From Podarcis bocagei (lineage: Eukaryota), in NCBI GenBank assembly GCA_964188305.1, contig OZ076890.1: a stretch of 64,000 bases of DNA; one strand, 5' to 3'. Both the position numbers and the translations under genes were made by a program. Within the stretch, counting starts at the first letter, position 1; each line of letters opens with the position of its first letter. This document shows, piece after piece, positions 25,401 through 38,000 of the stretch. The notes beneath the pieces were generated by a model that saw only the letters and a program-made list of their open reading frames with translations, had not been told where the DNA came from and searched no databases.

Positions 25401-28400
25401 TTGATGTCAAAAGTACGTATGCCTACCTACACAGCCCTCTCACTTTTCTGCCAACAGGTGAAGAGAATCCTTTCCAAACAAAGAGTGAACACGTAAAACA
25501 GTTGTAAACTTAACAATATATATTGTGCTTTACCGGCTGGACTGAGGTGTTTTTCATTTAGTGGAAAGTTAAGAATAAAGAAGAAAAAACAACTTGGTTT
25601 TATGGCAAACTTGAATGCTCTCCATTCCATCAGGAAGAAGTTAGTATGATTGTTGTTGACAAAGCTAAGGTGTTTCTTTAGTTCTGAGAATCGGCTAGTC
25701 TTCCTCCCATCTCCCATTATTGGTTGTTGTTGAAGAGGGTTTTAGAAAGGATGAGACATTTCTTTTAATTTATGCACAATATACCCAAGTTTGATATCAC
25801 TGATTCAAATGTATCCCTCACTATCCTTTGCTCTAATCTGTTTTCCATGCACTCTCTATCTTAAACTGTAATTTCGTTACAGAGGCAGGGACTTGCCTGC
25901 ATTTTGCTTCCAAAACTTTGCAAAGCACTGCTAGTGCTGCATAAATTGTAATGGCAACTAATGAACAGCAGTCGTTGCCTATATGCAAAGGCAAATCTTT
26001 TATGTTTTAATGCTACCAGTAGAGGAGGCTGCTTTAATAAAGTTCATCCAGTTGCACTTCTCAAAGAAAGCAAATGTACAGAGTAAAGAAAAGCATGTCA
26101 ACACCAAATGTTCTTAAGGAAGGGAAAAAGCAATATAAAAATAATGCAATCATTGATGAATATTCACTAACCAAATAACATGAAGTAAAGGGGACAATAT
26201 TGTGATCTTACCTGATACTGGGCCATGAGGGCCAGGGGATTGTTTTGGCTGTTATCAAATGTTAACACATCAAAGACTCCAACGCAGTTCACTCGCAACC
26301 TTGATGGGAGAAGGGTTATATAAAGAAGAGAATTATAAAACTCCTTAGTCTGCTTGTTAGACTTGCTCTGCGACTTCTTTAGTTACATTAGCAAAGTTTT
26401 GCTAACAAACTGGTATTAATGCCAACGGTTTATCAATCTGCGAGGGTAGAAGGAGGGTGCACTGACTCTGTGCACACCCAAACTATGTGGAAAGTTGGGA
26501 TGATGCAGGAAAGGTTCTCAAGGTGTCTTGAGTCGGATAAGAGACTCCCTAAATTTCTGAGTGTGTCTGTGGGGGATCTTTCGTTCTGATGAACAGGTGT
26601 AACTTTGAATCACAGTGATTTATTTTCTGGGTGCCCTCCAATCAGAGTGATAAGGGGGAGGGATGTTTTGACTGTGAGAATAAACGTGCAAGTGGCAGAG
26701 TTGGACTATCTGGGTGGCCTTCTTTCCAAAAAAATTTTTTCCTAACAAACAAAAATCATAGCTCTCTCCTTTTTTTTTTTAATTTCACAGAACATACTTT
26801 CAGGAAGGGGCAAGGACAGCGAGAAAAAACCAGCTACAACCAGACAAGACTTATCCAGTATTTTAAAATGAATGTAAAATCACCTAGCACGATAGCCTCT
26901 GGCTTTGTTCAATTGAACTTTGGCATGTTTCATGACTACAGTTTTCACAAACTAGGAGACTAGCGCCATTTCTAATTTTTTGCTCCAAAACAAGCTTGCC
27001 CTTGGGGAGAAGCTCTGCATCTATGTTCCTGAAATTTAGCTGGCTTCACCACCTTGGATTACCAACAATGCAATGGTAAAACGTGTTTCATGTTACCTTG
27101 TTTTTCCAGTTACCAGAATCTTGGTGGGGTCCATCACCCGACAGGCCAATCCTGCTGTATGAATGGTCCGCAATGCAGAGCTAAGCTGCACAATGTAGGC
27201 CCAAATCAGGGATTCTGGCAACAACCCTGCATGTTGCCGGGGCAAAGGTCCATCATGCTGACCTATCAGAAGAATGGGAGAAAATGAATGAAATCTACAA
27301 CTTTCAGCTGTGTAAGTGTTTGGATAATGAATACAAAAGTTCTTTCAAAATGCCAGTTAATTAAAATCATGATCTGCTTTATTTCAAAGCAACTGGCAAT
27401 TGTAAGAACACCCAACCCAATTACAGCTGCTGTTTTGTTTTACTTTAAATTGTACTAAAAGTAAGACACAATGTATAAAGCTGGAATTTTATTGAGCAGC
27501 TACAATCCCTTAGTGTATCATAATTAATTTTTGGTACTGGCTGCCACAAGATGTTGCACCGTCCACCAGCTTAAGCAGCTTTAAAGGTGGATTATACATT
27601 TGTTTACCCATAAATTGCTATTAGCAAAGATGGCTTAGCAGAATATTAATGTTTAAGGCCGTGTGCCACTGAGCACCAGTTGCTGGATGGCAGCAAAGGG
27701 GCAGCATTACTGGCACCATGCCCTGCTTGTGACCTTATCACAAGCATTTCTAGTTATATATTATGTCAGACTGGATTAGATGGGCTACTGGCCTGACAGC
27801 AAGCAGGGCTCTTCAAATGTACCAAGCAAGCAGCAAAAGAAGCAAACATACACTGCCAAAGCCCTTATTCATACTACATCAGAAGCAATGTTGTTTCTGT
27901 ATTTCCATATAAAAACAAAAAAGGTATCCAAGTTAATGAACCCAAATCCCATCGCATGTTTAAAACATATGCTCAAATACACAAGCAACAAATACTATGA
28001 CTCATTAGATTTGGAACGCTTCACGTTTTTCGTCCTAGGGTTTTGTTTCATGACTGTTGTTTGACAGTAACCCTTTAAGAGCCTTTCAATGAATCAAGCA
28101 CTTTGCTGAGGAAATATGTACTTCTGGCAATATACTACAGCTATTATCTTTCAAAAACTCCCCATGTTTTTCAAAGATAGCCAAGCAGGTTAATACCACC
28201 TGAGTTCTGAAGAAAAGGAATGGTGTTTGGGTGTGTTTGTTAACGCCAGAACTGTGAATAAGGTAAAGGGACCCCTGACCATTAGGTCCAGTCGTGACAG
28301 ACTCTGGGGTTGCAGAGCTCATCTCGCTTTCTTGGCCGAGGGAGCCGGCGTTTGTCCGCAGACAGCTTCCGGGTCATGTGGCCAGCATGACTAAGCCACT

Positions 28401-29727
28401 TCTGGCGAACCAGAGCAGCACATGGAAACGCCATTTACCTTCCCGCTGGAGCGGTACCTATTTATCTACTTGCACTTTGACGTGCTTTCGAACTGGTAGG
28501 TTGGCAGGAGCAGGGACCGAGCAACGGGAGCTCACCCCGTTGTGGGGATTCAAACCGCCGACCTTCTGGTCAGCAAGTCCTAGGCTCTGTGGTTTAACCC
28601 ACAGCGCCACCCACGTCCCTAGAACTGTGAATAATGAAGCCCAAATACAATGTAGATCTGAGTTGTGATTCAAAGGCATGTATCATGAACACAGCCCTCA
28701 AGAGGAATTCCACTCAAGGATGACTTCCCACAAATAGCTCTTTAGTACCCCAGGTTTGAAGAGCAGCTTTGGTGTTTGGAACCAGAGCAGTTTAGCTACT
28801 TTGCAGTGCAAACATACTATTTGCCATGACCTTTCTCCTGCAACAACCCCCTTGAAGTGCATTTTTAACTACAGGGAGTATCCCCCCCCCTTTAGTTTGC
28901 CATACTTGCGCGAGGGTCTTCAAACAATTATAATCTAACCGACCTTGATGGGTCACACAGATGTGCATACAAATGCCTCTCAAGTGCATTCAGAAATACA
29001 GCATTTCTGGAATAAGCTTTCTACTTTTAGCCTGACAAAAGTGAAGATCTTTACACAAGCAATACTGAATGAGGAAATACTTTTAGAAACTACAAAACAC
29101 AGCAATTTAGGAAACACACACTGCTGCCTTCAATCTGCTGTGGATTTGTGGAAAACTGGTTTAGTCCGTTGTGTGAAATCAATAATACATCTAGAGACTG
29201 GTTTAAAAATGGATTTTGTTTCTTTCAGTAAGCCTGATCACATTAAATGTTTGCTTTCAATTCTGCATCTCCCCCCTGCCTCCACTCTAGCGGTTTGGGT
29301 TTTTGTTCCGGTTTGAAGATAAGCAACTTCCTGCTCAAACCAACAGGAGCTGCCACATTCAAGGGATGTTAACCGGGGCACCACTAGCCCCTGGTTCACA
29401 GGTGTTCAGTGCAGAAATAAACCGAACCTGTTATGCCTTCATTCGTCAGAAAACTTTATTATACCACATCCTAGACAATAAAATTCTGGATGGTGTTAAC
29501 AAATGACAAGGCAAAAAAAGGCTAACCACATGGTGACAGCAGAATACAATGTGGAAAAACCACCATGTAACCACAATTCTCTTCCTTTAACTGTCAAATA
29601 CCAGTTTTACTAACAAGTGATGAAGCTGTTTAAAGCACAATGTACTAAGAGACCCTATCTTAATATGAAGCCTTGTGCTGCCAAATGCAAATTAAGGGAA
29701 ATGAGAAAATTACAACAAAACCCTGTT

Positions 29728-29764
<37 letters not shown>

Positions 29765-31970
29765 ACGTTCCATAAGTTTTGCCCTTTGTACAAATGCCTC
29801 TTTTTAAAAAACCACACCACCATTACAAATGGCTAACCTGACCCAACAACCTAGGAACCCCCCCCCCCAAAAAAAAAAAACACACCAAGCCACACTGCAA
29901 GCAACTGAACTCAACCCACCAAGCTCCAAAGGGTTGAGAGAAACTCAGATCAGATTTATGGGGTGAATGGAGAAAGAAGAGCGAAGAGAACTTTCACTGT
30001 ACAGTCAAAAGTCCTCAGGGTGAAAAAACGAATGCATTGAATACCTTAGTCTTCATGGGAATTCTTACTGTGAATTCCAGTTTGTGGATTGGGATGGAGG
30101 ACGTTCCTCTGATAGGGAATGACAGCTCCCTCTGGTGATGACAGGTGGGGTCCTAGAAAGTCTTCTGCTTCCTATCTGGTGGGAGGGTCACCCCACTCAT
30201 CAGGCCAACCCAGTCTGTGGTTGGGAATGACTGGGTCTGGCTTGCTCTCCTCGGAGGCTTGCCAGTGCGGTGTAGTGGTTAAGAGCAGTGGACTCGTAAT
30301 CTGGTGAACCGGGTTCGTGTCTCTGCTCCTCCACATGCAGCTACTGGGTGACCTTGGGCTAGTCACACTTCTTTGCAGTCTCTCAGCCCCACTCACCTCA
30401 CAGAGTGTTTGTTGTGGGGGAGGAAGGGAAAGGAGAATGTTGTCCGCTTTGAGACTCCTTAGGATAGTGATAAAGTGGGGTATCAAGTCCAAACTCCTCC
30501 TCCTCCTCCTCCTCCTCTTCTTCTTCTTCTTCTTCCTCTTCCTCTTCCTGGCTTGTTTGCTGGCCTTCTTTTTGCCTTAAATCTGAGAATCTTCTTTTAG
30601 CATGTCTTAACTGCCTCTCATTCCCCTTTGTTCCTCTTGCCCCCTAGCAATGTGGGGGTTTTAGTGCAAGATACCCCCCTCCCCCTGCCTTTTTGTTAGT
30701 GCGGGCTTTCCCCTTTGGGTTCTTTGTTTTCTCTCCCCTTTCCTTTAGTTTTTTTGCTGTAAAGGAAAAGAGGTGACTCCCATTTGGAGGCAAAAGACTT
30801 TCTAGAACCCTGCTTGTCATCACTAGAGGGGTGGTGGTGCCTTACCCTAAGAGAGTAATGTCCTCCAGCTTGATCCACCAAACTACATTACCTATAGTAA
30901 TAGAGTATTACAGTGAAAGCCCAATGTGAATGCAGCATCAAAACCAGTTTGCAATAACCAGCACAATTGCCATGTATACATTATGTTCTGAACACTTCAA
31001 GAAGCCTAAATTGCAGCAAAGCTACGTACAATGCAAAGTTACAATACTTCAACTGTAGTTCCCTAATTTTTGTCCACTGGAAAAACAAAAACATAGATCT
31101 CATTTGCTGGCCTTACCCCACTTCCTTTTTGTGAAATAGGCATCAGCACTAGGATCATTGAAGTGTCTGCTCATCATAGTCTCTCCTCCAGCGTGGAAGT
31201 CATAGGCAAACACAAGAGCTTTTCAAAAAAAGTCCGAGGTGAGAATTAGCTATGCAATTGATGCAAGTCTTCCAATACGATTGGCTAACATCTTAAAAAT
31301 AAGAAACTTACAATGTTCTCCAAATGCTTTAGTGGTGAATACTTCTCGCAATGTGACAATGTTTGAGTGTTGGATTTTTTTCCACATGTCAACCAGCACC
31401 ATGCACTTTGTGTTAACAAGACGAAAACCTGAGAAAGAAAATCTTTCACATTACAAAGAATTTTGGCTATTTTAATGTTGCTTTCACATTTATTCTAAAG
31501 TACTAGAGTGCTAGCAAAAGACACAACCCAAAAAACACACATCTGATCATAGCCTGCTTTATGGCTTATTAGCCATACCCAATTCCATTCCATTATTTAA
31601 AAGGAACAATTTGATTTTAAATCCAATTTGAGGTTTATTGACAAAGAAACACAAATGTTTTAAGGCTTAAGTACTGGTAGAACTGAATTTTTAAAATATG
31701 AGAACTTGTAATTTCCCTCACCATGTATCCTCCGAAGGCAATATGGCAGATCATCTTTGCTATTTACAGCTTTGTAGCATGATGTTATATACCCAAAGTT
31801 GCTTGTTTTCTGTATCCGATTGGGTGGTGGCAGTGGCTCCAGAGGGAAAAGGCTGTGGTAGCTGTCAACTTCTGTTGGGACAGCTAAACCAGTTTACGGA
31901 AATACATTAGACACTACTTAAAATTATGAAGAAAAGAGTTATTACAGACAAAGCAATTCAATGACAAGAC

Positions 31971-32025
<55 letters not shown>

Positions 32026-35000
32026 TTAGAAGACTGTAACAAAGCTCTGACAACAAACTTTGATGCAAATCCTATACAACTTTTACCACAACACGCAAGT
32101 TTGCTTTGGAAAATTCAGAAATCTCCAAACAAACATTTCCTGAGGGTTGCATTATACGAATTATTTAAAGAAAGAAAGAAAGTTTGGATTGTGCACTACT
32201 AATAAATACATATAATAAATACATTGAAAAGGAGCTTGAAAGAACCTAATACAGAGATTCCACTGGATTATAGCCAATCCTGCATTCAGAATGGCTTTGC
32301 TTTAATATGCAAATTGATTATTCATATATTTAACTGTGGTAGCAAACACAGCAAGCAAAAGACCGGCTTAAAAATGCAATTTAAATTCAGGATCTTTAGT
32401 TACTTACCAGGCATATCTGCTTGATCTATCTGAGCCATTGTAATTAAGTGTCTGTTGATCAGCTCCTATAGGAATACATTTTGGCAGTCTTACCAATAAG
32501 GACATGAAATTCTAGTTTGCTGTTTCTTATATGCTGCTTCGGTTAATCACAAAACCATAGAAACAGACCTGAAAAAGGACTTGGACTATCAGAACCCCCT
32601 TATAGAAGCAGAATCCCTAACTAAAGCTACCCTTGTCTAAGGACATGGCTGGAAGCAACCTTTAAGAGACCCTATAGTCAGTCAGTTCATCTACTGAACC
32701 CCCCTGAACCAGCCCCATCAAACTGTTTGTCAAACCTGATCTTCAGGTAACTCCACCACAGACCTCTGCATCCTGGGGAATCTGAACCAAGGTTCTGCTA
32801 TTCTTTCATTGTAGAATGGTATTTCTAAAGCCTAGCCAAGACTGCAGTTCAAGTTTTATTTCTTGTCCCCCATATATACATTGCCAGTCTCTATCCTTCT
32901 CAGGGCAACCACCATTAATGAAGCTACTCTCAATCTTATTTGCTCAATGGCAGACATTAACAACTCCTATCTTCTATCAAACTGCAATTAGGAGTGGCTT
33001 TGAATTCATGATAAATGATGAAGAATTGCATCCAGGAAAGTGAGTGTGCTGCTGGGGGAAGGACAGAACTCCGTTTATGAAATTTCTGTTCTGACCTTCC
33101 TCCCAAAGGAGCCCAGGCTGACCTGTCCTCCATCAGACTTCTAATGAGGCGAGTAAACTATGTACTGAACATGGTCATCCAAAGGCCTCAACAAATCAGA
33201 ATACAGCACAGAGTACAGAAGTCGCCTTTTATGTCCCTCGTGATTATTTTGCAAGGCCATGTAGTGATGCTTAGGCAAACTTTGTTTTAAACTAAGGTTA
33301 AGGCCCTTTTCCGTATTGTTACTTGACTGACCCACATTTCTTTGGCAGCAATCTGTTTCTAGTAAAGAAGGGACTTGCATTTGTCCTTATTAAGTTTCTA
33401 CTTTTTGCTGAAAATGTTTCCAATTTACTGAGATGATTTTGAGTTCTAACTCAGTTTCGCCAGACGGAGTCTGATATGACAGAAAGTGCTTTACATTTGC
33501 AGTGAGGTAGGGAAGACAAATTGCAATGCTGCAGGAAGAGCCCTAAGGTTTCAAACTATCACAGCAAGAACAGACATACTTGGCAGCCCACTCCAAAAAG
33601 CAGATATAGAAAAGGTGAAGAGGCAGTGGGTTAAGTTTCTTTAATAAGGCATTTTCCATGGCATGGATGGCTTTGAAAAAGTCACCTTGTAGCAAAGATA
33701 CCATCAGCCCCAGCCAGCATGATCAACAGACTGGGATGATAGGGGTTATATTCCAACAATATCTGAGAGGAAACAGTAACCCAGCCCTGTTTCAAACTGA
33801 TTCACCATCTGTTCTGCCAATACTGTGTGTGTAGGAAATATTTAAGAAGTTAGGCCTGTGGCTAACAAGAATAGCTTTCGCACAGACTTCTGCCATGGTG
33901 TGGTTGGCAAAGGTAAGATGTAAAAGGTATTTTTACTCCCAAGCAAGTGTGCATAAGATTGCAGCCAAAGAGGACACATATCCCAAACACCATCAATACT
34001 GTTTTTATATACCTATTTTACCTGCTTACTTAAATATCATTAATTTTCCCAGAAACAAAGTTCTTTTTTTATGATACAGCATTGTAGATAACTTTGGGCA
34101 AGCGGAAGGTGGCAGAGAAATTTTGTGGTGGGAGGAAATCTGTTAGAATATTACTAGAAAGAACTTACCTGTCTGAGTTCATCTGCCATGAAGAAAGAAG
34201 GTGCATTTGCTTTTGGCTGCATGTAAGCAACATGAGGCGCAGTTGGAGGATAAATGTGGTAATTTGGGAACACCTATTGAAGATACAATTTGGAACAGAC
34301 AGTTTTTAGGATTTGAAAAGTTATGAGATCTTTTAAAAGCCCTCTGAAGTGGTTCCACAGAAGCCATATCAAAAAAAGGATGAGCATACTAATGAGTGCA
34401 TACGTATGGTTGCGGCTGCAAAGTCATCAGCATTTGAATTAATTACTTTCAAAATCCAAACTTGAAATTCTGGGAGAAAAATAAGTTTGTATGGAAAGTG
34501 TGCAGGGTCAGCAGAAGGAATATGAATCTGGTAGGTAATAAGGGCTGCATAAAATGCACACCCCAAGCCTGAACATATCCTATAACCATCCTCAAAAGCC
34601 TTTTTCTCAGAGTTCCCCTGGCTTAGGGAGACAAGGCAGGGGGCAGCTTGGGAGTCTTTTCAGAGGTAGCACCACCCCATTCATGGAGGAGGTATGGTGC
34701 TGAAACTTATTGGTACCAAGCCCAGGCTTTAATCCTTCATTGAATTTTAGTTTAAACTGATACTTACTCAACTTTTTGTGTTGTATTTTTTGAAATTAAT
34801 TTTTTTAAGCTGATGCTGTTATTGTTCATTAATTCTTTTAAGTGTCACTAGCCTAGATTCTCAGAGCTGAACAGTGGGGTAACATAGATAGATAGACAGA
34901 CCATAAAGACTAACAGAGTGGGTGGCAGAATAGGTTGTATTTATCTTATACTTAAGAAAGTATATAACATTCCAATGAAAGCATCATGGTGGCAAACTAC

Positions 35001-38000
35001 CCAAGTCATGCACAAGGTTTGCCAAACGCTGCTGTTACCTGCCCTAAGGGCTCAAGATACAACAGATTCTGCCATGTCAGAGAGCATGTCTAGTTTTCTT
35101 AGGCGGCAATGGCCTTAAAATAAAAAGCCAACAAAGCTGCACATACAATCTCACACAGAGGGAATCTCTGATGCCACCTAGTCTAGGCTCCTAGATTTCT
35201 ATGCCAATCATCCCATGAATAAAGGGCTTCCTCATACATCAGCTGCCTGTGTAATTCTTCTGAGAGCATGGAACTGCCTTCCTCAGAATCTGATCATTGG
35301 TCTTTCTGGTCTAGTAGTGCCTACTCTGGCAGGCCCTCCTTCTCAGCCAGAGATCTTTCCCTGGCTACCAGAAAGAGTTTAAATGAAGATGTAAGGAACA
35401 GAACCTAGAACATTGCGTATGCAAAAGCATGTGATCAACAGCAGACCTATGGCTCTCCCCATGCTGCTCTTTAATCAGTTTATCATGAAAGGAAGGAGAC
35501 TCAACAAGCCTCAGGCTCATGTACTCCTCCACTACACAGATGAAAGAGTTTGGAAGCTTTCATTTCTGTTTCTGGAGTTTTTCATATCATTCAAACTAAG
35601 CTTTGTATGAAAAAAGCCAATTTCAAATCATAATTATTTCAAACCATAAAGTTTAGGGTTTGGATAGAATGCTAAATGAAAGTTAATTGAAATAGGAAGC
35701 TTCCACTCTTACTTGCAGCCATACTTGTGGAGGAAAGGAAAGGACTTAAGTCCAAGGCTCATCTAGGCTCATTCCCATCATGATAAACCATGGTTTATTC
35801 TGACCACCTCTCCCCATATGAACCGCCCTGGACCATGAGATCATCCTCCGAGCCCTTCTTTGTGGCATGCTCTCTCCAGGGGGGCTAATCCAAAACCTTC
35901 ATTACAAATATTTAGGTGCCAGGCCAAAATATTCCTTTGCTTGACAGGCCTTTGGCTAATTAAATGGTCTATGGCCTCATGAACTATTGGGTGCAGGTTG
36001 TTTAGTTTGTTGGTATGTTATGTGTTTCTGTGTGTTTATACTGCAAACTGCCCTGTGGTTTTATTATTTATTTGTTAATAAATAATATAATATTCTGAGA
36101 TAAAGGGCAGTATATACGTAAATTATTTCTCCAACTGTGTGCAAATAGGAAAGCTTTGCAAGACAGACAAGGAAGCTACAGTGGCAGTCAGTAACAGCCA
36201 AGATGCAAATCAAGCTTGGAAATGTGGTAATTACTATATGGAATACCAGCATTAATTTATGGATTATAACAAATACCTTCATAAATAAAACGGAATTCTC
36301 ACCATTCCAGTTACAGGTGCTGGAGTTGTGTCAGTATAGAAATAGGTTGTGCCACCCACAGTTTCTTTCTGAATCACCTGGCCAGCAGCTGGCGGCTGGG
36401 AGACGGCATTAGTAACTGGCGTAGAGGCACTAGTAGGCACCATGTAATTTGCTGGGTTTGGTGTATGACTTCTTCGTCTAGGAGCAGGAGACGTGTGAGG
36501 AGTAATTTTAGGGGAATGAAGGGGAGAAGATCCTGCTGACAATGACATTCCTTATGAAAATAAAAGGAAAAAAGACTTGCAGTGAAAAGGCATTTGCAGC
36601 CATAACAGACTCCAAGGCTTGGGGTAGGGTGGGGTGGGGTATATTTCCTTGCAGATAAAAACAGACTTGGGGCAGCTGGACAAGGTGTTTTAAAACTTCC
36701 AGTTTACATGTAAGATTCAAATGAAATGGTTAGCCACAAAGATACCAACTTTTGCCCAAAGGGTGAGAAAAGCAACAGCAAACATTTGCAACATTTTCAA
36801 GCTATTCAAATACAACTCCATTGGCTCCATCTGTGCCACTTTGCTATGGCAGACAAAAAGCGTCAGGTACTGCCACAGTTCTCTTTAAACCAAGGATGGG
36901 GAACTTCAGATTGGTGGGCCAAGATTGGCTTGTCAGGCCAATTACTCCAAACCACGTCCACCCACTGGACAGCTGATGGATGGGAGGACATGGTTTATTC
37001 TTCCTACATTAGCTGTATGGCCTATTCCCAAGCAGGGAACAGGATCATGCAGCCAAAGCAGCAGGATTTAATCCCTGCTCATCACTGATGAGCAGTGATA
37101 AAAGCCCTTTGTAAAAGCACTATCTGGAGTAACTTGCACTTTGTCTTTAAGAAGAACCAGCGGCAGAAGGGTAAGGGAGAAGAGTCTGCTCTACTTCTCC
37201 ACTGCAACCACCTGCCCCCTTGCTTAAACCACCCTGATGTGAAAGGAGGGCAATTCTGCTTGGTCCAGGCATGCAAGAGAGCAACCTGCAGGGAGCTCTC
37301 TTATTCAATGCCCCCCTTTGCTAAGCATGATCCCCTCCACCCAATGGGGCATTGGCTGATGTATTGAGGGGGGGTGCTGCTTGGTCTGGGTGCATGAGGT
37401 TTACCTGCAAGCAACTATCATGCACCCTAACCTACTCATTTTGACTGTGCATGTAGCAGACAGCAAGGCGCTGCTAAAGGAAAGGCTTTTCCTGCAAAAG
37501 GAAGGAAGAAGCCTTCACTTTCACAGCCTTGTTGCCAGCTTTGAAATCCTGGGACTTCAAAGAACCAAACTCCCTGGTATCAGTTGACTGACACCTGTCA
37601 AATTTGCCCTGCAAGGCAGATCCTTATAAGAATCTGGCCCATGGAGCTAAAAACATTCCCCACGCCTTATTTAAACCAAACTAGAATTATATGAAAGGAA
37701 AATACTGAGGTCTGTGCCATATAATTTGCAACGATTTTTATAGACACCTACACAGAAGATTTAAAAAAAACAACCATCACCAGGTTGCAACAATTACACA
37801 AACTAACCAAACTATACTCAGTGTCAAGACAAATTTATTAACTAGGTACTACTTACTCAGCACTGAAACAAAATATGATGTGCAACCTATTGTTTATTTA
37901 TATATACATACATACATATATACATACTATAAAACTACAATGTTTCCTGTGACTATGATTATGGATGTTAAGTGTTTTTTCCAAACTTAAATAAAAACAA

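Noticed and set aside
30261-30335. tRNA gene
   Set aside because: The tRNA-like head continues into a SINE body and simple-repeat tail; there is no proper acceptor stem.
36621-36640. G-quadruplex-like run near PAN3 exon 7 (another at about 19697-19718)
   Set aside because: Such motifs are common, lie on the non-mRNA-like strand for PAN3, and have no evidence of function.
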